Notes: generated by a model not told the origin, from the sequence alone. DNA of 64,000 nt from Tubulanus polymorphus (GCF_964204645.1 NC_134033.1:14454655-14518654); one strand, 5' to 3'. Positions 1-14,636 are shown, counted from the first letter of the stretch. Numbers and translations: made by a program.

Positions 1-2129
1 ATCGTGGTCGAAGTCCTCCAGGAACCAGCCCATATTTTTGGCCCATTCGTGTTTCGTCGTGCCGGCCATCACCGGAACTTTGTTGAACAGGCCGCCTTTT
101 AGTAACATGTCGACGCTAGATGGCAGCACATGACCGTCGATCCACGGCTTTAAATCGGTCGCTGATGGCGTTATTCTCGGAAACTGTGACCACCCCCAAG
201 AACAATGCAAAGTAACTCGATTATCGTTGTCAACAATATCAGGATCATTCAAAGCCTAACGCGCACGAGGCAGGGAACCCGAAAACAGGAAACAAGGAAC
301 TTGTTTCCGCACGTTTCGCTCTGTCCAGTGCGTTAACGATGTTTCATTGTTTCCACATGTTTCCCGTCGTCGTATGCGTTTGGCTAAAATGAAGCTGGAT
401 GTACCAGGGGTTTGGCCCCGGTTTTCTCGGAGCCCCGAAGTGTGTTACGTGTAGGTTACTGTGCTGCCGTCCCCTTCAATTATATCATTTTGATTTTTTC
501 TTTTATCTTACCCTTATCCACATTGTGTGTACTTTATTGACTTCATACTCGAAGTTTTTTATCGTAAAATTTTAGAGCTCAATAAATTTCTATTGTATTG
601 TACTTTATTGTATTGTGTACCTACTCTATGTTCGAAGAATTTTATCCAAGGCGTCGTTTTCAGGCATCGTTTTATTTCGGCCATCTCGTCGTGTTTACAG
701 TCGACGATGTTAGCCACCTCGTAGAAATAGGAACTAAGATCAGTGGATTCTTTATGGACGGCCCAGAATGAGTTCATCGCACCGCTTTCTATAATTGCTC
801 GATGAAATAAACCTGAATACGAACAAAAAAGTATTTTGAGGAGAAGAGAACACGGTGTGCGTGGATTCAATATGACTACTGCACTATGGTGTCGTTAGTA
901 AACACGATTGACCAAATGACTAGAATTATTGGTCTTGCAATACTCCTCTAACCACCAGTGCTAGGAGGGGGCCTTGCCATACATACCAACAAAAGTTAAT
1001 CGTGGGGATTACATACTTCGAGAGTAAGCCATCTAAACAAATCATCTCAAGTCAAAAACGCTAATGGCTGGTAGAAAACTATAGTTGGACAAGAAGTTAC
1101 TGATCCGAAAAGCTGAATTCCAAATATTGGGCCAAATGATTGCTTCGTTATCAATATTGCTGTGTGGTGGCGCCACCGTGCATCTGGCGGGATCTTCGTC
1201 AACCAAATTCGGATTATGGAATTTTACAATTGAAGAAACTTATTTACAATCATATTTACATAAACGTCCTTACCCATTGGCAACCGCAAGCGTAGATGCC
1301 AAGCTGCTGGACTGGGATATCTTGTGAATAAGATCGGTCATTAAGTTCAGCTAACTTATACTAAACCATCGTTTACCTTTTGACATCGGAGAAATCGTAA
1401 GCAGTCCGACGCTGGCGCCACCTGCGCTGTTTCCGAAAATCGTCACTTGATTTCTATCTCCCCGAAACGCGTATATATTCTCCTGTATCCACTTCAGCGC
1501 GAATATCTGGTCGGACAAGCCGTAATTGCCGGCCATATTTTTATCGCCGGTCGTCAGGAATCCTGCAATATTACGAACAAATAAAGCAAGGCGTTATTTC
1601 TCGGCGAATCGACGGAGGCGCTATCTCGACCGCGCACGCGTTCCTGAATCATAATCGCGCGCATATAGTCAAGAGTCGCCGACCTCCGACGACGACGACG
1701 ACAACCGACGACGAGCTGAGAGAGAGAAAAAAAATAGAAACGACACGATCGTTCGACAGAATTATTGAACACGCTCGAATAGGCTTCGTCGTTTAGAGTC
1801 GATTTAACGGAACTCGGGTGAAAGAAACGAGAAAATAGCCTGCTGTATTTTATCACCGCGCACAGGTAGTTATCGAGATGGTTAATGACTCGATGACGGC
1901 GCGGACGAGTATATACGCGTTCACGATCGACAGTCACCCGTGAAATTAGAGATATTACTCGTGTATGATTTTTGATAGATTTTCTCTTGATTTGCGCTGG
2001 TTAAGAATTTCGTAGCCTTTTCCGTACGTAATACGTTCAGAGCCGACTTTATACAAATTCAAAAGATTAAAAGCAAACTTTATTAAGAAAGAACGAAGGA
2101 CACGATCGAACTCTCTCTCTCCCTCTCTT

Positions 2130-2164
<35 letters not shown>

Positions 2165-4879
2165 CCTTCTCAAGTTGTAAATTTGGTTTTAATCAAATAA
2201 TCCACTCTCCATGTCTGAGTGTGGCTATTCTACTTTCAAGATCTTTAATTCTAATCAAATCGAAGAAATTTGCTTTTTTATCCATGTTTTTCGTGAAATG
2301 TGAATAGGCATATCTCAATAGGAAGTCAAGTGTTGAGTTTGGGTTGAGTTTTATTTGAAATGACCAAATGAATTCCAGCAGTTGAATGTGCATTTAACCT
2401 AGGTCACGCCGACTGAATCTTGCAGGCGCCTTGTCGCACCTGTCGCCGCGGCTGTCACATTACATACCTAAGACTCCGAGACGATAATTTAGAGTTATCA
2501 CGACGACTCCATATTGCGCGAGCACGTGGCCATCATAGTCACCCCCAGCGCCACCGCTGTAAGAACCGCCATGGATGTACAGCATCACTGGATAGCGGGC
2601 GTTAGGGCGGTCAATCTGCAAACATGAAGAGACATTACTGAAAACGAAGGGGCAAACCATCGGTGTAACAAGTTAGTGGTGTGCTGGGATAAATAGGACA
2701 CAGTCAAAGGGCCGCACGTAGAGAAGATATCAAGAATACGTTAAGAATGGGAAGCGTTTTGTTAGGATTCGAGCTCAACGACGATTCGGAGTACTAGGCA
2801 AGCAACCCGGGGAACTAGCTCAGATGGTAGAGCGCTCGCTTAGCATGCGAGAGGTACCGGGATCGATGCCCGGGTTCTCCACATATTTTTTTTTTATGTG
2901 TCGACTCAACGACAATCCGAAAGGAAAGTGCACGGGGAACCTACGAGAGGCAGCGGGGTCGTCCATTTTGTCCCTTTTAGTTTACCTGGAAAGGGCTGTA
3001 TATATTGACGTATAGACAATCCTCACTTCGGTCGTCTTCTAGGTCCGGATTCAACAGTTGAGGACATCTTCGAGGTAATTTCGTTGCGTCTAATACTTGC
3101 GTCCACGGCCGGCATCGCTCCGGATTCTGAAATAATATTACACGAATATATGTCAGGACAAAACGCGGTAGAACAAACACCTGATGACGCGCCCTCATGG
3201 TGGTGCGAATAAATATTCAATTGTGTGCTTGAATCTACAATCAAACTCGCGCATCTCCTCATGGTATTAGCCACCACAGCACCAAAGCTGTCCTTACTTT
3301 TTTGAGTTCAAATTTTATTTCCAATTCAATTTACTAAGTGTACGGCAAGCCATCAAATTCGAAAAGGTCATCGACATAATGACGGTCACAACTTCAACGA
3401 CTAAAGCAAGTTTGACTGGTATATTTACCTCGAATCTGAGCTCATCAACTGGAGGTTGTGCGTATGGAACACCGAGGAAGATGTCAACGGTTTCTGTCAC
3501 TTCACCTGTTCCGAGGGATAGAAATGAATTCAGACAGGCTGAGAGCAACCATCATCATTAGACATTATTTCATAACGCGCCGTCGATATACACGTCAGTG
3601 ACCGCAGGAATGGGGCAGAAATCCAGGGTTTGGTTTATAGTGTATCTTAAACCCTGATGCATAGGTGAACCATAGGTGGGGCTGGGTTTATAGATTTTGG
3701 TATCTACTTGATGATAAAAATGCTAATAATAATTGTCATTTATAGCTAGGCGCAGGTATCCCAACCAGTGTCAGTTCAAATGCGCTACAAATTCGGTATT
3801 TTTACCCCCAGCCTCCGGTCATCTCATATATCAGTATCATATACTTGAATCCGGAGGCTAACTCAATTCATTCTCAATTCAGCTAACCCGTCGAGTTGAT
3901 GCGAGTCTATGAAACCGGACCCAGGTGTCTCCCGCCTTCCCATTTAGGTCGGCCAGTTTGTTAAGACGTCAATTTGAAACCTTTGACACGCCTCAACCGA
4001 GAAACAGAACCTCTCGTATACCACCTCGTTGTTTTGGCGGCTCTTTTCCATCCCGCCTTTTCTTTTTAACTTCACTTTCTGATTTTCCTTGATTCATATC
4101 AGATGAGGTTCAGCCGATTGACAAATAGTTTTGAGAGAAATCGTGTGGGTGTGTGAACGCATGGGTAAAGAGTGAAGTGGGAATTCTGGTTCCTGCCGCT
4201 ACTAGTGATAACTTTCAAAAGGCTCACTCTGCCACATCCTCCCTCTGCAGGGACTCGAACCTGATGGCATCGCTACACTCAGCCACGGCACGAACCCCTG
4301 CATCAGTAGACCGGGTGCGCAGGTACATGCGCAGCTTTCCGAACGAAAACTGGCAGCACCAATCAGATTGCTCGTTGTATAATCGTTGAGGCAAATTTCA
4401 AGGAAGAACTATAAATGGGAAAACCCGGGTTAAAATAAAACGGGATTTCTGATTGGCTAAAAATCACATCACCTGAACTGCGCATGTATCTGCGCTCACG
4501 GTCGATTATGGCATGGTTTCGTGCCGTGGCAATCTCGATGCCATCAGGTTCGAATCCCTACCGGGGGAGGATGACTCTGCCGGTGCGTATAATTCAATAT
4601 TTCATTGTTTCATTGTTCAGGTTATTTGATTTATAATTAAATGGCAAATCATAAATCGACAATAGGATAATCACTTCATCCTTTGAAGGCTGAAATATCG
4701 AAATATTCGTGAGCCGGTGCCGGTATCCGTCGACGCTTACCGATTCCATACTTCTTCGTCGTACGAGATCCTCTGATCTGACCGAATCGTGTCTCGATAA
4801 CTGCGTATTCCGACGTGCATTTCCCCACTAACAGAAACCATACAACTAAAAACCGCAGCAATTCAGATATCTTCACCAT
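1..4879 (-). CDS. Type-B carboxylesterase/cholinesterase-family protein (neuroligin/BSAL-like fold), 5' portion; gene continues past the left window edge
   Basis: Phase-consistent GT-AG exons 4741-4879, 3429-3505, 2986-3126, 2468-2615, 1377-1562, 625-812, 1-183. They give a signal peptide ([23 protein letters not shown]) and the motifs [59 protein letters not shown] (nucleophile elbow with Ser), [10 protein letters not shown] and GTTKHE. An AG immediately precedes the ATG, so an upstream non-coding exon is implied. Confidence 0.95.
2113..2168. repeat. (CT)n/poly-C microsatellite
   Basis: Seen directly in sequence. Confidence 0.9.
2809..2881 (+). tRNA. tRNA-Ala (anticodon AGC)
   Basis: 73-nt cloverleaf GGGGAAC...GTTCTCCA with D-arm AGCTCAGATGGTAGAGC, anticodon loop TTAGCAT and T-loop GATCGATGCC. 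It is followed by an oligo-T Pol III terminator and lies antisense within an esterase intron. Confidence 0.95.
4234..4573. mobile_element. Foldback/MITE with ~100-bp terminal inverted repeats containing GGTTCGAATCC-like boxes; second copy at ~49020-49312
   Basis: ATCCTCC..GGGACTCGAACCTGATGGCATCG..GCCACGGCACGAACC..GTGCGCAGGTACATGCGCAG is mirrored by CTGCGCATGTATCTGCGC..GGTTTCGTGCCGTGGC..CGATGCCATCAGGTTCGAATCCC..GGAGGATG. Confidence 0.75.
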
Positions 4880-5663
4880 CTAGAAAGAAGAAGAAAATCA
4901 ATTAGAATTTCGACGATGAAGTCCACAACGTAGCATCGTGGTAGGGAGACAAAGTTTCATAACACGGCGTCAAGGACGTTTCTTATCGAGAATCAAATAT
5001 CCTAGGATCCCACGTGACGTACGAGGATGTCTGCCGGGTTCCATAGATATCGTCAAGTGACCTGGGCCCAGTTACACAGGCGTCCAAAATGGTTTTAATT
5101 CTCAAGACTGGTCTTCCGTCGTTTGTTTGGCTATAGAACTAAGTTGGTCTGGTCTTAGGCAGATTTCTATCGATCTCTTCCGATTTTGGAATTCTCCTCT
5201 GACCAGAATAAGCTGAATGGTGTCTGGAGTGAATAGAATATCTATTTGACATCAGTAGAAACTCCCCTTAAATTGAGAAGGATTTACTTTCTAACTATTT
5301 AACGTCATCAAGACGGAATCCAGTATCTGTTCATGCTAAGCGCATGTGTAGTTGTATTTTGACGCGAGTTGGGAGGGAGGAGAACAATCAAAGTGGTCAT
5401 ATTCGCGCGCCCACGCGACATCATGCCCCGGCCGGTGCGTGTTGATATCCGATCCGGTGTCTGACTTCTCGAATAGATTGGTGTACGCGCAAACATTACA
5501 GCGCCAAAATAAACGAAAAAGTTAGTGAAGTTTGACAAAAATCACCTCTGAAAAACAGTCCACGATATACTACAAAAACGGCGTGCGTGACCAGATTTCG
5601 AAAATGATTATTCCATAGCCATCACTCAGCATACGTAGAGAATGGAAAGGTAGGATTAATACC

Positions 5664-5856
<193 letters not shown>

Positions 5857-8800
5857 AATATACAAGATTAAAAACTTAAGCACTCATCACAGATTGAAAT
5901 ATTTATGAAAATCTCCTAAGAGTCCCTCTCAATGAAATTGAAAAATTGTCATTCGCTGAGCAAGTGGAATATACACGTTTATATACCTTACGACCCTGTA
6001 TCAAGTGCATACCTATCAGATTCGCGCGATGTCAAACGCAGATATCGCCCGAATCGTTTAAGGGTTCAATCAACGCCGATACTAACTTCACTATTCATCA
6101 CTTAGTCGGTTAATACCGCCGTAATACGCCGTAATACGCCGTAATACCTATAACCGAACGTCCGGGAATTAGGTCTATCGATCTTTCGGTTTATATACTG
6201 CGCGATTAAAGTAGTAGCGGGCATCCTCTGTCTCTCGGCAGGACGATAAACAATCGTCAGCTAGTAATGCGCTTTTTCTCCCCGAAGCCGACAAAAGCGG
6301 CGATTAACCATCGGTCGTGATCGTTAATAGACGGACCGTGACAATAAATCCTCGGCAAGGATCTGAAAACACGAACGCGAAGGCAGATTTCCCAGCGCCG
6401 TGTGGATACGGAACTACGTACACGCTCGGCAATCACGGAACGGCGCGAGGTCAGTCGAGATGAGGTATATATTATAATACGTACGACGAGGGACAAATTG
6501 CTCGCTGATAGATCTACGATTTACTACTTCCCCGCGAACTCGCCGACGATCACGATGTAGCGAACATCCATCAATGATACATTTTATCACTACTCGACGC
6601 TATTTTCAGCTATGACGCGAGGTTTACAAGCAACAAAGTGTTGATATAAAAATAAATCAGACGCTCTGAAATTGTTCATTACGATCTTAGCTACTTGAAG
6701 TTAATTGATTGATTGCAAAATTGATATAGAGAATTCATTCAAAGTTGTCAAGGGCGTCCCTAGGAGGGGGGTTTGGTAGTTGGAACGAACCCCCTTTTTG
6801 AATTTATAAACGTCGACGAACGTCGGCACATAGTCTGCATTTGCTAAATTAGCAAAATAAAATCGATACCCGCAAGTAAACGGTAACCAGTCTATCGGCC
6901 TCAGATTGCACCAGAATGCGCCTGCTTGCTTGAAATTTTCAAAAATTTTTCTGGGGGAGGAGGACCCTCTATTCCTAAAAACGAACTCCTCAAAGAAAAT
7001 CCTGGGAAAGCACATGGTTGTTCGTCGTCAAGTTCGCCTTGATGATTGTATACGTGTCTGTGACAGGTTAGAACTTATGTAGTATAAGTAAGGATGAGAG
7101 CGAAGTACGAGAAGGACAAATGAACGAATATGAAGAAGACCGACAATTCGAATTCTGTGCAATAGAATTATTAATCAGAATGGAATGATTCACCATCCCA
7201 TTTTTATGAATTAAGAAGTCGAGCAGTTCGAATGATTCCATCCACCTGATGAAGGCTGTTAGTCAACAGCCCCGAAACCGTGATTTCATTTTGATAAATT
7301 CTATCGCGAGAAATTCGATTTCTGGAACTTCTTCGTCGATCTACAGTTAAAACCGGATTAGAGTGTTTTGTCATGCAACTATACTAAAATGAAATATTGT
7401 GGCGCCGCCGCCGCCGCATCGGCCACAGGTATACGTTTGCATTTCATAAAACGCGATCGAATGTAAAACAATTACCCGTAATACACCCATCTAACCTATT
7501 ACCTGAGTGATGATGTTCATTCAGCTGTGTTTGTCGTCGCCGATAAGCCGGTGGCAGTATAGTATGAACCGCAGAACTTGCTGAATTCCACACTTCCCTT
7601 AATAGTGCCTCGTCTAAGCGATCATAGGATCTCTACCCTTTTTCCCAGACCTCGCTCGAAGAACAACTGTGTCAAACTATATACAGTCAGTTCAGAATAC
7701 CCAGTCAGAAATTCAACTGTCGTCGGGTCACCTGCCTAACGATAATTGATGAGTCGATTTTTTGAAAAATGGATCTATTGAAAATGCGTACATTAATCGG
7801 AATAAAAAAGGGGGAAGGTCGATAAGACGCGTGCGCGCGCGCATCGTTATCTTTCTTCTAGAGATCGAAAACGAATTATACGTCACGTCAAAATGTATAG
7901 ATACGGGATGTCTGCTGATACTGCGACCGACACGTGTGCGTCCGTACGTAGATCCGCCGCCTCGGTATCGGAGCTAACGTCTTCGAAATGAATGATGATC
8001 AAAGAACTTTTAATGGCTTCATTCTGCGTGCGAAAATCGAATACACGATATATACGTAATGCCTGAAAGCCGGGGACGCACTCGGGACGATATCGATTTC
8101 CGATAGCCGCGATTTGTAACCTAATGTCGCCTCGGGCCAGTTGCAAATTCATGGCCTAGATTTTTGGACCAGTCTAAGATCGACTTCCTTCTATAACCAA
8201 TCTAACAACTTGAGACTAGTATTAGGATTTATGACAAATTTTGGACTTAAGTTGCGACTGTGCAACCGGGCCTGAGTTGTCAGCGATCTCGATCGGGCGT
8301 TTTACAGAATTCACCTCTTTTTTATCGTGAAATCGATTAGACCTTTTTGCGTACCCATCAGTCGCACCTGCCCCAGAACGAAATAAGAGGTTTGATTAAA
8401 AATCGGAAATCTAAGTACAGAATAGTTGGATGTTCGATATACAGCATATCACATCTTTCACGTTCTATTTTTTTTCATAAATCGAAGTTAATTGGAAATT
8501 TGCTAGCCCTGCATCTTTTTCTCCCGATACGCGCCGCCATCATCAACAACAACATCGCCATGAGAGATGAGAGTCCCAGCCGAAGCCTTCTCGGCAAAAG
8601 TCGGCGATATTGATATTTCAGATTTGATAATTACTCGAAATGAGTATACTGAACGTACGGTATTCACAAATGAAATTCACTTACTGTCAATCGTTATAAT
8701 GAATTCGACGCAGTAAATCCTATGACACCGACTGGCTGAGTACTGTACAATACAGCAATTAAATAGCTAATAAATAATGAATGCTAGCGCGTATTGTACA

Positions 8801-9009
8801 TATGAAGAACTTCGAGTATTTTATTCAATAGTTTTTAAGTGCTGTTCTTCTTACCGGCGTATATTGTGGGAAAAGTCACTCGGGTCAGTAATAAGAGCTT
8901 TCCAGAAAGGTTAACCGGGCCTCGGCTTTCGTAGTCTATCCGTAATACTTTAATCCCAACCATTCGAAATTTGTCTCCGAAACGACGAGGAGAATCAAAC
9001 GACAATTAC

Positions 9010-9250
9010 GGAAAAAAAATCAAAAAATGTTTCCTTGAGCTAGTAGTTTATTCAATGTGTCAATTCCATCCTAATGGCCATCTTCAGCGATACTGACTTA
9101 CAACAGAAATCATGAGATTTAGACTTATCATGTAAACAAAAGTGAAGAAAACTAAGTAATAATATAACATAGAAACATTAACAAGCTAAACTGATAAACG
9201 TTGAATACATTACTAGTTCAAGGAAACATTTTCGGACTTTATTTTTCCCT
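9010..9250. mobile_element. Short foldback element (MITE-like)
   Basis: AAAATGTTTCCTTGAGCTAGTA is mirrored by TACTAGTTCAAGGAAACATTTT, with further imperfect outer pairing. Confidence 0.5.
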
Positions 9251-10848
9251 ATGATTGTGGGATTCTCAATATAGGTTCTTTTTTCTTGTTGAATTCTCTA
9301 TAGATTTTTTTCCGTTAAATGCAAGGCTTGAATTCATAAACTAATTTCAACTAGGCCTTTACATGATCCGAGGCATTCAGATATTAAAAGTTGATATACT
9401 AGGTCTATGTTACAGTCCACTCGCGTACGTTCATCAACTTCCCGGGAATTCTAATATGGAAATAAATCCAACACTCGGACAGAAAAAAACCGAGTCCGAT
9501 GAGGTTTCAATTAGTTCATGAGCCTGAAAATGACATAAGACGAAAGAACATAAGAAGAAAGACATAAGACTATAAGAAGAAACGTCGAAAATAAATCGGT
9601 AACTAAAAGTAACATTTTCTTTCTTTTTTATCTTTCTAAGCGTGGGATTCTTCTCTCCATAGTCGTTACAACACCGTCACAATGGACGTTATTCTAGTCA
9701 AGAAAATCCCGAGACAAGGGGTTTGCTTAACGTACATAATAAGTCATCTATGCCAACTCGATCGGAAATCCGTCTGGTATATATACAAGCTTGCTAACAG
9801 TAACCGTTCTCAATGTGTACCGGTAACACACTGAGCTCCGTGTTCTTTTAATCGGTTTGACGTTTTTATAATCACTCGCAGAACACGAAGCAGTTTTCGT
9901 TCGTCGTTCGATTCGCTGTAATTGGAACGACAAGCGCTTTTTTATGGAACTTTATTAACCGGGTAATTACAAACCGCGCGCTATCTAACGACGAGATCAA
10001 TATATCCAATCACCCGTAAATTACCAATGGTCGCCGAACATACATCTGCGCACAGCACGGTGGAGTCTGTAGCTGTTAGCAATGCAGGAATCTCGTCGTA
10101 GATTATTTTCCGTCGATTATTATGTAATTTGTGATGTTTACGAATGCTTGAAATTGTATTAGCTGTTTTGCTGAACGTGTATAACAAATGATTGTAAATT
10201 TGGCGCAATACCGATTAGTTATTTGAAGAATTGAGAAATTTGATGTCAAAGTTGTCCATTTTTAGTTCAGATATTAGAATAAACCAAACCTGTAACTTCC
10301 TCAGTATCGAATACTGACCATCATGACAATCATGGGACAAGAAGAATATTCAGTTTCAGGTAAGCTAACGTCTATTGTGACATAAAATTGCTCGAAATGA
10401 CCCTATATTACCTCACATTAACACCTGTTCGCACTGATTATTAGGTTGAATAATAATGCTACTAGATTGCTCTAAGTCAGTCAGGAAACACGAAGCAACT
10501 TAACATATCCTTGCATGGGTATCGGTCAATTTCAACAGAAAGGGACCTTGCGTTGGACCAATTACTTATAACCAATGTTGTGTTGTAACCAATAACGCAT
10601 TAGATTATCTCCATTCTTATTCCCAATTTCTATTTCTATTTCTGAAACGGCCTTTCGATAAGCCGGTTCCACGTAACAATGGTCCTAAATTAGGTGACTG
10701 AAGCAAGGTCTACTAACCACTCTGTCCTTCGCCGAATAATTTTCATCCATCAACTCCAGGTGGCTGGTTTCGCAAGGTAATCAAACATGTAATGAAATGA
10801 GATTGCCACTTGATATCAGAATGATATCACTTAGGCTAAAAAATTACT

Positions 10849-11050
10849 GCTTTGTTTCTCATTAATTCTGCTGAGCTTAAAAGTTGTCCCTGCCGGCCGC
10901 CTATCTACCTTGTACATTACTTTTTCAAGATCACGATCTGACAATAACAGACCCGCCAGTTATAAAAATGGAATGATTAAAAATCTTAGTACAGTTTATA
11001 AAATGACCCGGCCGATTAGGAGAAACACGGCGCGATTTTGTTTTAGCCTT
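10849..11050. mobile_element. ~200-bp dispersed repeat (MITE-like). Other copies ~24380-24590, 34665-34770, 54818-55020(-), 56818-56978, 58510-58690(-), 61718-61840(-)
   Basis: The core CTGAGCTTAAAAGTTG...GCCGGCCGCCTATCTACC...ATGACCCGG(C/T)CGATTAGGAGAAAC recurs about 7 times in both orientations. Confidence 0.8.
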
Positions 11051-12097
11051 TTCAGGTCCAAAGCTGCCGGGTAGACGTAACTCTAAAAAGTGTGATCACG
11101 GTGTTACTACGCACCTCAAAATAACGAACCAGAAATCGAGACTCTCTGGGTATAATTAATAGCACGTGTTTTCCCCCAAATGAGGATTCAAATGAAACTA
11201 ATTTCTACGGAAGCGTCCTCGGGACATACTGTTCTATTTTCTACGGAAGCGCCCTCGGGACGTACTGTTCTATTTTCCATTCTAAGCTGAAGAAAAGAAT
11301 ATTTTTCCAATTTTTGCGAAATGTCGTCTGTTACACCTGTCCGTGACGTCCAATCTACTTGGATAGTTTCGCTATGAAGGGAACGGATTTTCTTTTTTTC
11401 TTAATAGAGAATTATGTCCTTAGGGTCATCCTGAAAATTACATCCAGCATCTATCGACGTTTCGTAACGAACAAATCATGCGGTCCCCTGAAGTTCACTG
11501 TAACGAGATTTAACCGCAGTACACCGGTGTTTATACGCGCAAATAAGATAACCCCCTCTAGTTCAAATTTCTTTTAAAACGCACTATATTTTACGTCATT
11601 TCCAGGTACAGAAGGTAACGTCTACAGGACACGCAACTAAGGAATCCTTGCCAAAACGTGGAGCTTCAGCTTAGTGTCTTAGAATTCAGACTTCACCAGG
11701 AAATGAATCCTTACCGAGCATATGCGGAGACCCCAGCGTGGCATCTGAAGGGCAGTGTCTACGGATGCGTCTTTTTAACGAGAATTCCCGGAAAACAGCG
11801 TCCACAGGACACACTTCAAGATCGTCGCTGCTATGCACACGCACACGACGCCGTCGCTGATGTGCTGGAATGGCCCGCAGCGGTTATGCTTACGTGTGTG
11901 CATCGAGTCTCCGTGATTGGCGTAATTAGTCAATACTGCATCGCGACGACCGCCGCTGAACACGTGTGTTGTACGTTGTCCTGGTGTCTTATCATCTTTT
12001 TGCAAAGTGGTGTATCCGTAACTAGCACCGTCACCTGCACCGCAACCAACGTGCGTTATACCAGGTACCACCTCCCTGGTTATACCTTAATACTTCG

Positions 12098-12545
12098 TGT
12101 AGGCCTACCGCCGTTAGTACCATGTAGGCCTACCAGCTGCAGTACCGTGTAGGCCTACCACCTGCAGTACCGTGTAGACCTACCTCCTGCAGTACCGTAT
12201 AGGCCTACCACCTGCAGTACCGTGTAGGCCTACCACATGTAGTACTGTGCAGGCCTACCAGCTGCGGTACCGTGTAGACCTACCACCTGCAGTACCGTGT
12301 AGACCTACCACCTGCAGTACCGCGTAGGCCTACCAGCTGCAGTACCGTGTAGACCTACCACCTGCGGTACCGTGTAGACCTACCACCTGCGGTACCGTGT
12401 AGACCTACCACCTGCAGTACCGTGTAGGCCTACCACCTGCGGTACCGTGTAGACCTACCACCTGCGGTACCGTGTAGGCCTACCACCTGCAGTACCGTGT
12501 AAGCCTACCACCTGTAGAACCATGTAGGCCTACCACCTGCAGTGC
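12098..12545. repeat. 25-bp minisatellite (AGTACCGTGTAG(G/A)CCTACCACCTGC)n, ~18 copies
   Basis: Tandem 25-bp units; many contain the palindrome GTAGGCCTAC. Confidence 0.95.
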
Positions 12546-14636
12546 CACCGAAGTGCCGCAATAAGTATCAACGTCTTTATCGAATATACGTCAGTAAAAC
12601 TCAATTATATGTTGCACCAGGCCTCCGATGCTAAAGTTCTTTTTTCTCGTGTCAGAAGTTTTTGATAGCCACTTCAATAAACTACCGAGTAGTTCTTTGA
12701 AATCGGTCCCGGTTTTAAAACCAATATTCTATTCTATCGTTATCCATATAGTCGATAAGAACTTCTCATTTCAACTTTCCTACAATTGCATATTGTCACC
12801 CACGCGGCAGTGCGATACGCTCCGGTTTAGGACTTGTTAGCTATCGGAAAATATATTGAATTTCATCTCGGAGCTATGAAATTCATTCAGACAAGTTTTA
12901 TCCATTTGCCGCGTCGTGGAAAGGGCTTGCCATTGAGCGACGCTATACTTCAAAAATACCCCGGGAAACGTATTTTAAACAAACAACGTGCGTAAGAGAT
13001 CTGAGTGATATACATATCGGATTGGTACATCTGATGCAAATGAATGACTCAAATACTTTTTCGCAGACGTTACGCGGAAATTAACCATTTTATGTATACG
13101 TGCATGTAGTTTTTTTATGTATACTTTATCGCCGGTTAAAGTAATGGAAAGAAGCCATCTTATAAGCGATAAAAAGTTGATTAAAGAAGAAGTAGTCTTG
13201 CCTAACGATAATTGATATCGTGAGAAGGCCGTATTTATTAAATACTTACCGAGTAGCTTGTGATAATTAATCCATGCATGTGGCTAAACTGCATCCATCC
13301 ACCTTAGGTTAGGGCTGAACTGCGATTAAAGACGAAGGAGGTGAACCAATAAAGCTTGAATATATACTTGAAATATAGTTGTTGTGAGAATAGCGCCGAT
13401 GGTGTAGTTGTAATTCCTCATCGGAGAATCCCGTACACCGCGAGAACCTTACCGTCGTTGTCACCGGCAGCATCGCCACTGCGGCATCGTCGCGAAAACC
13501 GTCACTCAATGATAGGTCGCGAAAGAGGGAGATGATACGCACGTGAAACGACAACGCTCGAAACCCCGTTGAAGTCTCAGAGTCCCGTGTGTGAAACAAC
13601 CTATTAATTACTGTCAGCGGTACTCGCGAAGCTCCTGTCGCAGGCGGCACTGGTGGCAGAACTACTTGACCACGCGGCGTTCGTAACCTAAGAGCTCGCG
13701 TAATGCGTCGCATTATGCACTTAAGCAATCTGGTTTGTTGGCGGATGGGAACTCAGTGGGCACTGTAGAATTAACTCGAAACACTTAAATGCTACTAGAA
13801 ACCCCATTAACAATGGTCAAACACATTAACAGGTCGATATTATGTATTGCCGATAATGTATAAAGACTTATATTCAATTTTGTCTCTGCAGTCTAATGGG
13901 TTTCGGTTGTTGGTTGGTTCTGTGTCCTTGAGAGTCGACTAATTTTTGTCATGTATGCAACTTTGGTAGGTCTGAGTTGGCGTGATAAGATTTGAAAAGC
14001 TACGCGTCGAAGATATCGGTGCTTCGTCTAATGAATATGGGTTTGAATATATACATCGTATAAATCGGTTTAAATCACCTTCATCATAAACCATGTACGT
14101 ATTCGATTTCTAACTTGTCGAGTCGAATTTCAGATCGGAAAGCTATAACACGAAAATCCATATATTTCAATCTTCGTTCTCCGTTCGTTGTGACGAATAA
14201 AGCCAATCAATCGGCTTGTATGGACAATACTAGAATTTTCAAAGCCTTTGATGGAACGAATAATGAAGACGATTCGCTAAATTGCTGCTGATGTAATAAA
14301 GAAAAAATGATCCACTCAACATTTAGATTACGTTGTTGCAGATGTAAAACTGAAATTTATATAAGTAAAATACAATATCCTAGGTCCATCGTTCAGATTG
14401 GTTTAGATTTAAGATACGTGTATTCCGTTGAAGCTGATGTAAGCTCTGAGGATAGTGTATGAATATGATATGTAATCCATTTCTCGTAAGTCCGTTGTTC
14501 TTATCGGTCAATATGCAAGTGATCTCCAATCTGAAATCAATCGGTCAATACATTATGATTGCATATTGAGAATTATATTTTACCAAGTAAGCTGATGAAA
14601 TATGGAGAAAAAAGTATACAAAACGAACCTATGCTA

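Noticed and set aside
1-4879. Calling the esterase-fold gene neuroligin or acetylcholinesterase
   Set aside because: It keeps a Ser in GNSAG (unlike neuroligins) and lacks the AChE-type FGESAG; the C-terminus is outside the window, so no symbol is given
12098-12545. CRISPR-like appearance (palindromic ~25-bp repeats)
   Set aside because: Units are contiguous with no unique spacers, there are no cas genes, and the context is eukaryotic; it is a minisatellite
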